Positions 9,888-20,827 of a DNA stretch of 62,587 nucleotides are shown here, in pieces; positions within the stretch are counted from its first letter, which is position 1; each line of letters begins with the position of its first letter. This stretch comes from Chrysochromulina tobinii. Its lineage: Eukaryota. The stretch is taken from assembly GCA_001275005.1 (NCBI GenBank), contig JWZX01002605.1:1-62587 (forward strand), read 5' to 3'. The notes below the pieces were generated by a model. That model did no database searches and was not told where the DNA came from. It saw nothing but the letters and a program-made list of their open reading frames with translations. A program made the position numbers and the translations under genes.

Positions 9888-11324
9888 TCAAACGGGACTG
9901 ATGTTCCACCCCATCGGCAGCGCGCATGGCCCGTGCATGCCTTCGGTCTCGCAACAGTGACGCACGATTGAGATTCGGCTCGCCGCCGGCGCCTCGATGG
10001 GGATCATTGCCGAGAACTCCTTTGAGATCTCCGTTGCGATGCGCGAGATGCCGAGCTCACGGCACGGTGTGACCGGGACGCCTGCCGAGACGAAGCCTTT
10101 CTTGCAGCCGCACTCGAGTTGGTGCGCGATCAAGTGGTCGATCTTGCGGTGCTCCTCGCTGCAGTAAGCGACGCATCCGCACCTGGGGCAATCTGTGAGG
10201 CAGACCGACGCGGCCAGCGGCGAGGCTCCACAGAAGAAGCACACCTGCCGACTCACGACCTTCTGCGTCGCCGTCGGCTTCATCACTATAGTGCGCATCG
10301 CCACGTCCAGCTTAGCGACATCCAGCCCCAGCGAGCACCTCCAGGCGATCACCTTATCGGCGGGGGCGCTGTAGACGTACGCATCGCACACGGCCGGTAG
10401 GTTCAGCGCCACCGTGAGGATCAGAATGTCCTCTGAGCGAATTGGGAATCCCATCGGCGAGAGCGCATCCGCAACGGCGCCCGGATCGACGACGCGATTT
10501 CCAAGCGCATTCAGCGCATCGGCGCAGTCGATTATAACTTTCAGGCGTGCCACGCTCAGGCTGCTGATACCGAGGCGCATGGCGTTGCACAAGAATGAGG
10601 TGGCCGTGGTGAGATCCTGGCGATCGTCGCCACTTAGATCGAAAAAGAAAGGCACGTCGAAGAGGATCTGCTCTTGGGCAATCTGCTCCGAGGAAAGCCC
10701 CATGGCAGGTGCGTCTCGCACAAAGGCAGCCTTGAATCGTGCCAACGTTCCTGTCGTTTTCGGTACTGCCTCGTCAAACCACCAGGCCTTTTGGAAATAG
10801 GGCGCGCGGCCGGAAATGATGGCGAGGCCAGGTGACGCAGCAGCGTGCTCGGGTAGCGCTGCAGCCTTGGCCTTCTCCTGGGCTTTCTCCTGGCGCTTCG
10901 AGGGCGCCTTTTCGGCGGGGATGGGCTCGGCGGCAGCTGGCACGCAGGCTCCACCAGTGCGCTTGGTGGCCTTCGAGGCCGCCTTCTTCACCTCGCTCAT
11001 GGTCAGGCCCTTGAAATCGCTCTCGAGAAGGATGAGCAGCTCTGCATTAGTCGTCACGCCGAGCTCCGCACGAGCCGCGATCACGTGCTCAATCAGCTTC
11101 TCCTCAGCATCATCGCGGACGAAGCTTCCGAAAGAAGAAAGTGCCACCGAGCGACGCGACCACTGCGTGGCAGTGTTTCGCGTGGTAGTGTGGCTGGTCG
11201 GTACCGGTACCTTGTGTGTCGATTCAACTGACCCTTTCTCAAGAAAGTGCGCTCGAAGGTCAACTGAGTGTCGACACCGATGTTGGAACCCTGTAGAGTC
11301 GCTAAACACCAGGCGCGCTCGCAT
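9888..11324 (-). CDS. MYND-type zinc-finger protein (start uncertain)
   Basis: C-terminal CFFCG..CPRCGCVAYCSEEHRKIDHLIAHQLEC matches the zf-MYND Cys/His spacing. The true start may be downstream (e.g. Met at 11000). Confidence 0.75.
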   Translation of the reverse strand: MRARLVFSDSTGFQHRCRHSVDLRAHFLEKGSVESTHKVPVPTSHTTTRNTATQWSRRSVALSSFGSFVRDDAEEKLIEHVIAARAELGVTTNAELLILLESDFKGLTMSEVKKAASKATKRTGGACVPAAAEPIPAEKAPSKRQEKAQEKAKAAALPEHAAASPGLAIISGRAPYFQKAWWFDEAVPKTTGTLARFKAAFVRDAPAMGLSSEQIAQEQILFDVPFFFDLSGDDRQDLTTATSFLCNAMRLGISSLSVARLKVIIDCADALNALGNRVVDPGAVADALSPMGFPIRSEDILILTVALNLPAVCDAYVYSAPADKVIAWRCSLGLDVAKLDVAMRTIVMKPTATQKVVSRQVCFFCGASPLAASVCLTDCPRCGCVAYCSEEHRKIDHLIAHQLECGCKKGFVSAGVPVTPCRELGISRIATEISKEFSAMIPIEAPAASRISIVRHCCETEGMHGPCALPMGWNISPV

Positions 11325-11667
11325 GTGTGCGCCGCTGCACTGTGTCGATCCGTTTTAACTTCACACACTGAGTCGCGCGTCGAGGGGTGCATGCACGGTC
11401 TTAAGGCGCTCTTTGCGCATGGCCACCACGTCCTTCTTCACGCACCACCTTCGCCTCATCTCGCTAACCGCCGTGGTCGGCGCGGCGCTCCCCGTCGCCA
11501 TCATTCTGGCCCCGCGTGGCCGTGGGCGAGAGCCAGGAAAATCTCACCTCCTAAGCGGCGCCCCGCTTGCTGGCCTCCTGCGCCAGTAGTCATCATTAAG
11601 CGCGCCCCACCGGGCTCACTCACATGAGCGCCGCTGTACTGTGTCGACCCGTTTTTACTTCACACAC
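11318..11667. repeat. Pair of ~50-bp imperfect direct repeats about 300 bp apart
   Basis: 11318-11368 CTCGCATGTGTGCGCCGCTGCACTGTGTCGATCCGTTTTAACTTCACACAC vs 11619-11667 CTCACATGAGCGCCGCTGTACTGTGTCGACCCGTTTTTACTTCACACAC, the second followed by (CA)n. Confidence 0.85.
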
Positions 11668-11893
11668 ACACACACACGACACGCTCAGGGTACACAGGCC
11701 GAAGGATGCCAAGCCGCGCGGCGCAGGCGCACGGGCGCGCGCGTCGGAACGCGTTGCCGTTGGCGTAGTGTGGATACTTTTCTCTTAGAAAACCGGAAAG
11801 GTGAGATTTTCTTTTGTGCAGCCCGAGAGCGATCCCCCCCACCCCACCTCCAGCCCGGGAGCACTCGCTCGCACAGCTCGGTGACTCTGACAG

Positions 11894-12787
11894 TCATGAT
11901 CGCAGTCCCAGCCAGCCTCCGTGAAAGAAGGCCGCGCCAACGGCGAGGGGCAGCGCGGCAAGGCCCAACGCCACAGCTGGCTTGTCCGAGCCTTGGAGGG
12001 CTGGCAAGCATGCGATGCCAAGGTGCACGGCGAGCGCCGAGCGTGCGCTCATCGAGACCCCATACAGGCTGTGGCGCGCGTGCGGCGTGGCCAGCGTGTG
12101 ATAGGTGAACGCTGCGAGGATGCCCCCGGTGCCGTTGGTCGAGTGCCGCTGCGTGGCGGCTGCGAGCGACATGCCGAGCGCGCCGCACAGCCAGAGGGCG
12201 AGGAAACCAGCACGGCCGAGCGCGCGCTGCAGCTCGTGGCCTAGTCCAAGCAACGACGAGCCCAGCCACAGCATCTCGAAGGCGGAGCTCGTCGCAAAGG
12301 CGCCGCACAGCACCGTGTGCGGCTTCGAAAGCAGCGGCGCAAAATAGCGATAAAAGGTACCCGGACCGTAGCTGTGGTACACAAAGCAGGCGACGCCATG
12401 GGCGGCAGCCAGCGCGTACAGGTCGTATTGAGGCCCAGGCAGACCGTTCCAGGAGCCGAGCACGCCGACGAAGCACTTTTTGGAGGTGCACCCAAGCGAG
12501 ACAGTTCCAGCATCCAGGGCCCAAAGCCTATCCTCGGGCCAGCGCTCAACCCCGAAATAGAATCGTTCGCGAACCATTGCGCTGAGCTTCCTCCAGCGCT
12601 CGGGCGTGTCCCACACCTCACGGATGGGCTTCGACGCAATGTCAAAGGTGCCAGCCCCAAGCTTTTCCTTCCGGCGCATCCGTGCGACCGCCTCTGGCCA
12701 GTCGGAAGCGCGCGGGCGCGTGAGCACTGCGATGCCGAGCCAAGGCACCGCCATCACTATGGTGCGGACGACGAGCGTCACACGCAT
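11894..12787 (-). CDS. Rhomboid-like membrane protein, probably catalytically inactive
   Basis: Several hydrophobic segments. LLGLGHELQRALGRAGFLALWLCGALG resembles the rhomboid G..LE...G...FL.LYL motif. GxSG appears as NGTGG and no catalytic His is evident in the last helix. Start uncertain (12787 or 12754). Confidence 0.6.
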   Translation of the reverse strand: MRVTLVVRTIVMAVPWLGIAVLTRPRASDWPEAVARMRRKEKLGAGTFDIASKPIREVWDTPERWRKLSAMVRERFYFGVERWPEDRLWALDAGTVSLGCTSKKCFVGVLGSWNGLPGPQYDLYALAAAHGVACFVYHSYGPGTFYRYFAPLLSKPHTVLCGAFATSSAFEMLWLGSSLLGLGHELQRALGRAGFLALWLCGALGMSLAAATQRHSTNGTGGILAAFTYHTLATPHARHSLYGVSMSARSALAVHLGIACLPALQGSDKPAVALGLAALPLAVGAAFFHGGWLGLRS

Positions 12788-12865
12788 GGCGTGCAAATTC
12801 GGGAAGAACTGTGTGTGAACGTGAACACGACCAGAAAGCACCCATTTCACGGATCGTCTTAACCG

Positions 12866-14953
12866 TTATTTTGGCATTCCTACTCGAGTGGGAATGCGTG
12901 CCAAACAAGCAGTCACGCGCGCAAGCAGTTCGCCCAGGAGATCATCCCGTGCCATTCTCGCTCGAATAGTCCTTGCGGCGTCGAGCCCCGGGACCATCGT
13001 TGCGCTGTATGCATCGAGCGGCACGCGGGTCACCTCCGCGACATACCTCGGTCCATGGACGGCGAGCACGCGCCGTAACGCGCTGCTCGCTTTCTTTCCA
13101 GCGACCGCGGCCACCTCCAAAAGCGTGTGTTCGAAGGCGGTGCCGTTGCCCCACACAAACGCAGGCCACGCGGCTTGAAGGTTGGCAAGAAGGCTCGGAT
13201 GGGCGAGGTCATAGCACGCGAGGAACGCTGGGAGGTTGTCCATCTGGCTGAGGCGCTGCCGGTCGGAGAGGGAGTCCGCGAAGCTGACGAGCAATCGCTC
13301 GTGCCGCAGCACCCGAAAGAATGGCGGCCAGACGAATCGATTCGTAAAGAGAGGCACGCAGCCGTTGAGCACGGAGGAGATGATGCGCGTATCAAACCCG
13401 ACACCGCCAGCAACAAGGCAGAACTTGGAGCGTGCCTGCGCATCGCGAGGCGCCCAACGAGGAAGGCTCGTTTCAATGAGCAGCCGATCCGAGACGCCCC
13501 GCCAGTGCATGTACATGTACTGGCGTATACCGCCTGAGTAGCAGCTGGCGCAGACCATCCGGCCACACGCTGCGCTGTGGCGCGAGCACCAGTCTCGGCT
13601 CAGCTCAGCACTTTGCACGCGCACGAGCGTGCCGATCGACTCGGTGCAATTGACGTGGCAGCGGGAATGGAATTTGCCCAAACCCGAATCGCCGACGAAG
13701 AAGAGGTCGAACTGCGTCTTCGAGTGCACATCGAAGAAGGCGTCTCGCGAGTCCGGCCGATGATCGAGCTGCCGCTCGACAGCGCTGGGGCCGTCGACGG
13801 CGGTTGCCGTAGCTGAGGAGGCGAGGATGTGAGATGTGCCGGCGGCGTTCCACGTATCGAGGTTGGGTGCGTAGAACGGGTCGGAGGGCGGGATACAGAC
13901 GTCACGTCCTTCGTTGAAGCAGCAGCTTCTTTCAGAGTGAGAGGGTGCCACCTCAGAGCGGCGTGGGCAGTGAGGGTGCATGCGGATCACTCCAGGCTCG
14001 CTGAGAGCAGCTGGCGCGTCGGTAGGCTGCAGGCTGAGCAAGAGCGTCCATGCAAACGAACGAGGCGCGAGCCGCGACACCGTGTCCCGGTTCATCTCAA
14101 GGCCTGCATGGACCGCTACCGCCACGTCGCCACCCGACGCGACGACCACCTCTGTGTCGTGGACAAGGGTTGCGTAGAAGTAGCCAGCTGCCCAATAAAC
14201 GGCCCGCTTCTCCAAGAGAGCTCCAGGGCCGTAATTGTACCCGTCACCGATCCTGTGCCTTTCAGCAATCTCGTAATGCACAGCTGCCGGCAGGTCGAGC
14301 AATTCAACGGACAGCTCATCACGTTCATGCGGCCCTCGCCTGAGCGCGCGAGTGCGACAGTAGGGCCCGAAAGTCCCAGCCTCGCACTCGCAAAAGTGGC
14401 CCGCGCAGGAGCCGTGGCTGGAGCAGTTTGCCCAGCATCCGATCGTACTGACATGCCTAGCTGTCGAGAGAACCTTTTTGCCCTCCCAGGCTGACAAACC
14501 AACTGGTACAGCAGCCTGCAGTGATTCCCGCCGCATGGCACCCGCTGCAAACGATCGATTCATCATCGGCGTAGCACACGCTGGTGGCGTCCGGAGCAAG
14601 ATGGGCGGCACAGCAACGCCTGCTGCACGGATACCCTCTAGGTAGGCTGCGCAAGCCTCCAGACAGCGGCACAAACCGTTTGACTCGCTCTCATCGAGGA
14701 GCGACAAAAGGTCACAAGTCCATGGCGCACGGTGCAGCTCGAATCGAAACCTCGCGACCGACATCTGCAGTGATGGCCTGTGCCGATGATCAAGCGCAAT
14801 CGTGGCGTTCATGAACGCCTTCGTGGCAACCCTGGCTGCAGCACAGGCAGCGAGCACGTCCAATGTGCAGTGGCGTCCCTCCCATCCGTAAGCACACACG
14901 CAGCGTTGCCCATCTTCCGTCTGGTGACCATGCATACAAGCTTTCCCTTCCAT
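12866..14953 (-). CDS. Exostosin-family (GT47) glycosyltransferase with N-terminal EGF-like motifs
   Basis: SKFCLVAGGVGFDTRIISSVLNGCVPLF is the GT47 signature, with LFFVG and YSGGIRQ upstream. EGF-like CVCAYGWEGRHC and CSSHGSCAGHFCECEAGTFGPYC. Start placed at Met 14953 because the longer ORF overlaps the divergent Kelch gene. Confidence 0.85.
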   Translation of the reverse strand: MEGKACMHGHQTEDGQRCVCAYGWEGRHCTLDVLAACAAARVATKAFMNATIALDHRHRPSLQMSVARFRFELHRAPWTCDLLSLLDESESNGLCRCLEACAAYLEGIRAAGVAVPPILLRTPPACATPMMNRSFAAGAMRRESLQAAVPVGLSAWEGKKVLSTARHVSTIGCWANCSSHGSCAGHFCECEAGTFGPYCRTRALRRGPHERDELSVELLDLPAAVHYEIAERHRIGDGYNYGPGALLEKRAVYWAAGYFYATLVHDTEVVVASGGDVAVAVHAGLEMNRDTVSRLAPRSFAWTLLLSLQPTDAPAALSEPGVIRMHPHCPRRSEVAPSHSERSCCFNEGRDVCIPPSDPFYAPNLDTWNAAGTSHILASSATATAVDGPSAVERQLDHRPDSRDAFFDVHSKTQFDLFFVGDSGLGKFHSRCHVNCTESIGTLVRVQSAELSRDWCSRHSAACGRMVCASCYSGGIRQYMYMHWRGVSDRLLIETSLPRWAPRDAQARSKFCLVAGGVGFDTRIISSVLNGCVPLFTNRFVWPPFFRVLRHERLLVSFADSLSDRQRLSQMDNLPAFLACYDLAHPSLLANLQAAWPAFVWGNGTAFEHTLLEVAAVAGKKASSALRRVLAVHGPRYVAEVTRVPLDAYSATMVPGLDAARTIRARMARDDLLGELLARVTACLARIPTRVGMPK

Positions 14954-15019
14954 CGCAGGTGCTTGAGACGGCGCGGCTTCGACCCCCCAATTAGGAAGCG
15001 GTCTGTGGATACCCTTGGC

Positions 15020-18000
15020 ATGCTTCGTGCCTTGACGGGCTCCATGCCGTTGGCCACACTGGCATCCTCGTCTACGGACGGGCGCGACCTGCTGCGGTGG
15101 ACAGACGCAGCCTCGGGGAAAATGTCCGACCTGCCGCACGCGCGTGGCGGCGCCGCCGTCGCCCGCTGGGAGCTCGCCTCGCAGCAGCTCCTCTACATGT
15201 ATGGCGGCTGCAGCATCGTGCAGTGCTACGATGGCCTGATGCGGCTCGACCTGTACCGCGGCAAATGGACGACCGAGCAGGTCAAGGGCACGCCCCCGAA
15301 GAAGCGCAAGGGGCATACCCTCAACCTCCTGGGCCGCTCGCTCGACGAGCAGGTGCTGCTAGTCATCGGCGGCTGGTCGGGCGATGGGGTGGTGCCCAAT
15401 GGTATCAAGGAGTACAGCATCATTCACAACCAGTGGCAGTACCGCGCCTTCCAGGGCACGCCGCCGCCCGATCGTTGGGCCCACACCGCCACTTCCATCG
15501 ACCCGGAGCACGTCATCGTCTTTGGCGGCGAGGGCACGACGCCCGGCCAGTACCTCAACGACGTGTACCTGTTCTCGCTGCTCGAGGGCGAGTGGCGGCG
15601 GCTGCACCCGCAAGGTGACGAGCGCTTCGGCGCCGAGCGGCTGCTACCGGCGGGTCGCATGGGCCACACTGCCACGCTCATCAAGACGCCCACCTCGCAC
15701 GCGCTGTACATCTTTGGCGGCTACACCACTGCCGCCCGTGGCACGCGACAGGTGAGCGCAGGCGCTGCCCATGCCCAATGCCCTGCAAGGAGCAGGATGG
15801 GGGGGGGGGGTTGCGGATGGTGGGATGGCGCGTTTCGGCCGTTGGAGCGCGTGCCCGCTGCCCGTCGTCGCCCCTCTGTTGGCGCCTTACCGGCCTCCCC
15901 TCGCCCCGCGCTCGCGCACCCGCCGTCCCACGCCTCACCTCGCCCCTTTGTGTGCCTCCCCTCGCGCGCAGCACCGCGTGGCGACCAACGAGCTTTGGGC
16001 CCTCGACCTGCGCGGTGGCCTGGGCGAGCAGCAGCGCGACTCGCCCGGCTCCGACTACCTGCGCTGGGTCAAGGTAGATACGATCGGGAGGCCGCCGGCG
16101 GCGCGCGGCCACCACGCCGCCGTGTCTTCGTCATACGGCGGCAACCTGTTCGTCGCCTTCGGGTGCGACGAGACGGAGCTGCAGTGCTACGACGACGCCT
16201 TCATGCTGGATACCACCTACCCGCAGGGCCACTACTGGCAGAAGCTACCGGTCGGCATGCAACGGCCGGCGGCGCGCCAGATGCTGACCGCGTGGGTGCA
16301 TGGGGCCTCGCTGGTGGTGTCGGGCGGGTGCACGCCCGCGCAGGACGCGGCGCAGGACCACTGCTACAGCGACGTGTGGCAGCTGCCCCTCGATGGCCTC
16401 ATCCAGGGCGGCAAGCAGCTCAATGCGACGGTCCACGTCGTTGAGGAGGACGCGGGACTCAATCTCAACTTGCAGCTCCTCCCCGGCCAGCGATCCGCTG
16501 CGCAGGCGACTGCAGCCCTCTCCGGCACGCCCGCAGCGGGCGGCCAAAGCAGCAGGAGCAGCAGCGGCGGCGGCGGCGGCGGCGGCGCCTCGGAGCTCGC
16601 CTCGAACGCGACCACTTCGGCCATCAGTGGCAATGCAACGGCTTCGGGCGGCGGCGCCATCGTCATGGGCAACCACACGGTGACCCTCCACAATGGTACG
16701 GAGGGCCGCATCGTAGGCGCCGAGTCGCTGCTCGCAACAGAAGAAGATGACGACGCCGTGCCGCTCTACATCGACACGTCGCTCAACGACGGCGTCGACG
16801 TGCTCTCGGCGGCGGTGATTTACGGCACGAACACCTTCGAGGATGCCATGTGCCAGATGAGTAACATTACCCGATGTCCCTTCACCTACGTCACGCGCGG
16901 GCATGCGGCCAAAGAGGAGACGCTTGAGCTCGAGGACACGACCAAGTTCACCATCGGGCGCATCCTGCGCATCAACCCGGGCGCGCCCAACCAGGAGGAC
17001 AACCAGATCGTGGGATTCGGGGAGCGCGTCCTTTCGGAGACCCAGAAGCGGCTGCTCGCGCTCGCGGCGGCGCGCCACGCGGCCGACAGCGCCATCGAGC
17101 ACAAGGAGCCGACCCTCGCTCACAAGCTCGAGGAGTCGGTGCGCGCAAAGGCGAAGGCGGTGGCGCGCGGCGGCGGCGGCGGCGACGGTTCCGGCGGCGC
17201 CGGCGACGCCGCGGACGCGCGCATCGAGGCCGCGACGAGCCGCATCGCCGCGGCTGCGAGCGCCGCCGCGGCCTCGCGCCTCCACCCGATGATGGTGCAC
17301 AACCCCGAGGCGCCGACACGCCGTCGCCTCTCGACGGCCTTCTTGCAGCTCGAGGCGCGCGCTTCGGCACTGCTCCCCTCGTCGTTCGCGAGCAGCCGCG
17401 AGCTTGCGCGCAAGTTCGCCGAGGGGGTCTCCGAGGGGGTCTCCGAGGGGGTCAAGGCGGCCAAGGCGGCCAAGGCGGCTGCCCTGCGCGCGGTGCCAAT
17501 GGCGCCCGGCGCCGAGGTGACCATTGACGAAGCGGACGATGAGAGTGTCAGGGCAGCCAAAGAGGCCGAGGCAGCCGCGCGTGCCTCCGGATGGAGTCCG
17601 AGCGCTGGGGTCCCTTACGAGGCGTCGCGCCGCGTGCACGGGCGCGCGCTGCACACGCGCATCGACCTCAAAGTGCCGCTCAAGTTTGCGCACGCGGCCG
17701 ATGAGCCGGTCGTGCAGCTGCCAGCGTCCGTCACGTCGATGGAGGCGGCGCCCGGGCTGCAGCACCTTGCTGGCGAGCGCTCAGTGCATCGGCAGCATGT
17801 GGGGAAGGAAGACACCGACGAGTCCAACCCGCTGCGCATCCTCGCGCTCTCGCGCCAGTCACCGCCGCCGCCAAGGCCGCCGAGCCCGCCGCCCTCGCCG
17901 CCAGCCCCCCCGAGCAGTCCACCGCCCACGGACAGGATCTTCATTGCCGAGGACATCATGTATGAGTACGATGAGAAGGAACACAAGGGCCACGTCTCCC

Positions 18001-18323
18001 AAGCAGTCGCGGAGCTTGCGGCGGGCGGCAGCTCGCACCTGTCCTCGGCAAGCAGCAAGCTCAGTGGCCTGCTCTCCGCGGTGCGCTCGCGCACCTCGAT
18101 GATGCACACCGTGAGCGCGCAGGGCCTCGTCGACGACATCAAAGCCACCGTCATCGGCCTGCCAGTGTGGGCGATCGCGGCGAGCTGCCTCGGCGCCATA
18201 CTGCTGCTGATCGCGCTCATCTGCTGCTGCATGCAAGGCGCGCAATCGCGCGGCCGCAAGAAGGCCCAACTCGAGGATATCAACCCAGTCTTCCAGACGG
18301 AGACGTGGCGAAAGCTCGAGTAG
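15020..18323 (+). CDS. Kelch-repeat type I membrane protein; exons 15020-15751 and 15972-18323
   Basis: Kelch repeats (LYMYGG, RKGHTL..LVIGG, RWAHTA..VFGG, RMGHTA..YIFGG, RGHHAA..VAFG, VVSGG). Phase-0 intron CAG|GTGAGC..CGCAG|CAC joins the ORFs at 14780 and 15771. Pro-rich stalk and C-terminal TM (WAIAASCLGAILLLIALICCC). Confidence 0.85.
15752..15971 (+). other. Conventional 220-bp GT-AG intron
   Basis: GTGAGC donor, C-rich 3' half, CAG acceptor; restores the Kelch frame; lacks the CTGATG units and the exon duplication. Confidence 0.8.
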
Positions 18324-18548
18324 CCCCACGTGTTATATGTGAAAGCGTACTGATCAGAAATGAAAAGTGTGACTCACTTTGCGTGTTTGACCGCCCCTTC
18401 CTGCGCCAACGGCTCGTGAGCACGACCAACGCCCGAGACGACGCTACGGCTTGAGCACAGCGCAGCCGTCTTCGGATCACTCTCCTCTTCGCCGCTCGGG
18501 TTGCCTTCTCCCTCATCCCTCCCAGCAACACCACCCCGCGGATCATCT

Positions 18549-20319
18549 ATGGGTAGGGAGCGTGGAATATTACCCTTCTGTGTCCTCGCAGTGCTGCCCG
18601 CCCCAAACAGCGGCGCATCGATGGCCTGGGCTGGCACACTTCTGCCCTGGGTCGGGTGCGAGCGGCAGGGCTGCTCGGGCCACGGTGAGTGCAAGCCGTC
18701 GACGCCATTTTCCTACTGCGAGTGCGATCGGGGGTGGAGCGGCCAGCGCTGCGACATCGATTCGTGCCCGCCGGGCTTGAGAACCGACGTCAACGGCGAG
18801 CCGCTGCCAGACCACCGCCACTGCAGTGGCCGCGGGCTCTGCCTCGCGGGGAAGTGCACGTGCCCTGAGGGTTTCGGAGGCGACGACTGCGCTCTCGTCG
18901 TCGGTGCTGCAAACAGCAGCAACACGAGCTATTGCTCGGGGCACGGCGTGCTCTTTCCGCGCCTCAGTCGCTGCCTGTGCGACCCGGGCTTCAAAGGCGA
19001 TCACTGCGAGAGCGACACGTGCCCATCCCATTGCTCGGCCCACGGTCGGTGCGTCGCGGGCACGTGCGAATGCGAGGCACCGTATCACGGCGCGGGCTGC
19101 GAGCACCGACGCTGCCCGGGCGACAAGGTGGAGTGCTCGCTGCACGGGGTGTGCGACTCGACGACGGGCACGTGTGCGTGCTCGTACGGGTGGATAGGAC
19201 CCTCTTGCAACAGCCCCCACTGCCCGAACGGATGCTCACAGCACGGCTACTGCCTGGGTGAGCGATGCGTCTGCGTCCCCGGCTTCGCCGGGGTCGCGTG
19301 TGACCAGCGCACCGGCGCCGCCGCCACCGCCGCTGCGGCCGCCCCGCCGCCGCCACCGTCGCCGCCGCCGGGCGATAGATTCGGCGGTATGCTCGCGTGG
19401 ACGCGGGGGCCGCACCCCCAATCCGGCCAGCGCCGCCGTCCACCTCGCCAGCCTGCCCCGCCGCTGCGTGCACGACTGCTCCGGGCACGGCACGTGTACC
19501 TACAGCTCCACCGCGGGCGCCAAGTGCGCGTGCGAGCGTGGCTGGCACGGCGTCGACTGCGCCACGTCCACCTGCGAGCTTCATGGAGGATGTAACGGTC
19601 GTGGCTATTGCGTCTCGGGCGCGTGCCAGTGCGAGCGGTGCTGGAGCGGCGCGCTCTGTGATCAGATCGCGAATCGTACCGGTTGCGAACGTGCGGGCGG
19701 CGGCATCTACAATCCCTTCCCGCCGCCCCCGTCGCCGCCGCCGCCGCCACCGCCCAAGCCACCGCCCTCGCCGCCCTCGCCGCCTGCGCCACCACCCTCG
19801 CCCCCACGCTCACCCGATGAGAACGAGAACGGGCCCAGCCGGTGGTGGCATTCGTTGAGCTTCCAAGCGTTGAGCAAGCGCAGGATCAGCAAGAAGGAGA
19901 GCGCAGCAGATGCACCACCGCTTTTGGCAGAGCCTCTCGATGCAGCGACGACGGCGATTGCGACGGCTGTCGGCGCCGCACTCGAGACCAACGGCGGAGC
20001 CAAGAGCACGGCAAGCGCCAACAACCGCACCGGGGCGTTCGCGCGAGCGCCGCTCGGAGGACCGCCAGTCAGCGTGCCTCCGAGCCTACCGTCCGCCCGC
20101 TTCGCTCCACCGCTCGCTTCGGAGGCGATGGCCGCCGAGAAAAGCACGAGCTCATCAGCCGAGGCCGGCGAGAGGGCGTCGGGAGAGCAGATGGAAGCCC
20201 CCCCCATTGCGGCAGTTGGCCAGGAGCTTCCTGACTTGCGGTTGGCCGCGGCCGGGACCGCCGGCGTGGTCGTCATCGTGGCAAGTTCGGCATATGTCGC
20301 CTTCCGTGTGTTGCGCTAG
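18549..20319 (+). CDS. Tenascin/teneurin-like EGF-repeat membrane protein with a +1 frameshift near 19405
   Basis: About 8 CSxHGxC..CxC..GWxGxxC EGF repeats split between ORFs 18501-19595 and 19258-20319. Deleting one G from G5 (19405-19409) fuses them. Pro-rich stalk and C-terminal TM (AGVVVIVASSAYVAF). Confidence 0.8.
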
Positions 20320-20827
20320 GCTAGCGTACTTACAGGTCGCACGGTGAGACCATACACGATACAGTGCATGGTGAAGTACATGGCACGGTCTGCAGTATTG
20401 CCACTAACTAGTTAACTAACTAGACCCCAGCTTAGTGAGAACCCACACCTCGAACCTAACTCGAACCCGCTTTCCGCCATTCCCGAGGACAGGGGTGGGA
20501 CGGCGTGACGGACTTCCCACGTTACCAGACGGTACAAAAGAATGTAACTTCAAACTTGGCGTGTCTGAGGCGTCGCTACGCCGTCCCCGTGTTAAATGCA
20601 ATTGGTTAAATGTACGCCCTGGAGCCTTCGACGAGCAATGCGGCGCCCGAAGAACGCCCGCCGTGGCGCCGCGATATGACATGATTTGACTTGACTTGAC
20701 TTCATGCGATTCTAAAACTGTTACATACCGGTACATGAAGCGACTCCTCGAGCCATTTTTGGGCACCCAATACTTGTAGTTTTGATGGAGGCCCGGACGC
20801 GTCGCTTATCGGCCAGGTCTCGTGGTC

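Noticed and set aside
14954..15316. N-terminal extension of the 816-aa GT47 ORF
   Set aside because: Overlaps the convincing Kelch coding sequence on the opposite strand and reads as its antisense.
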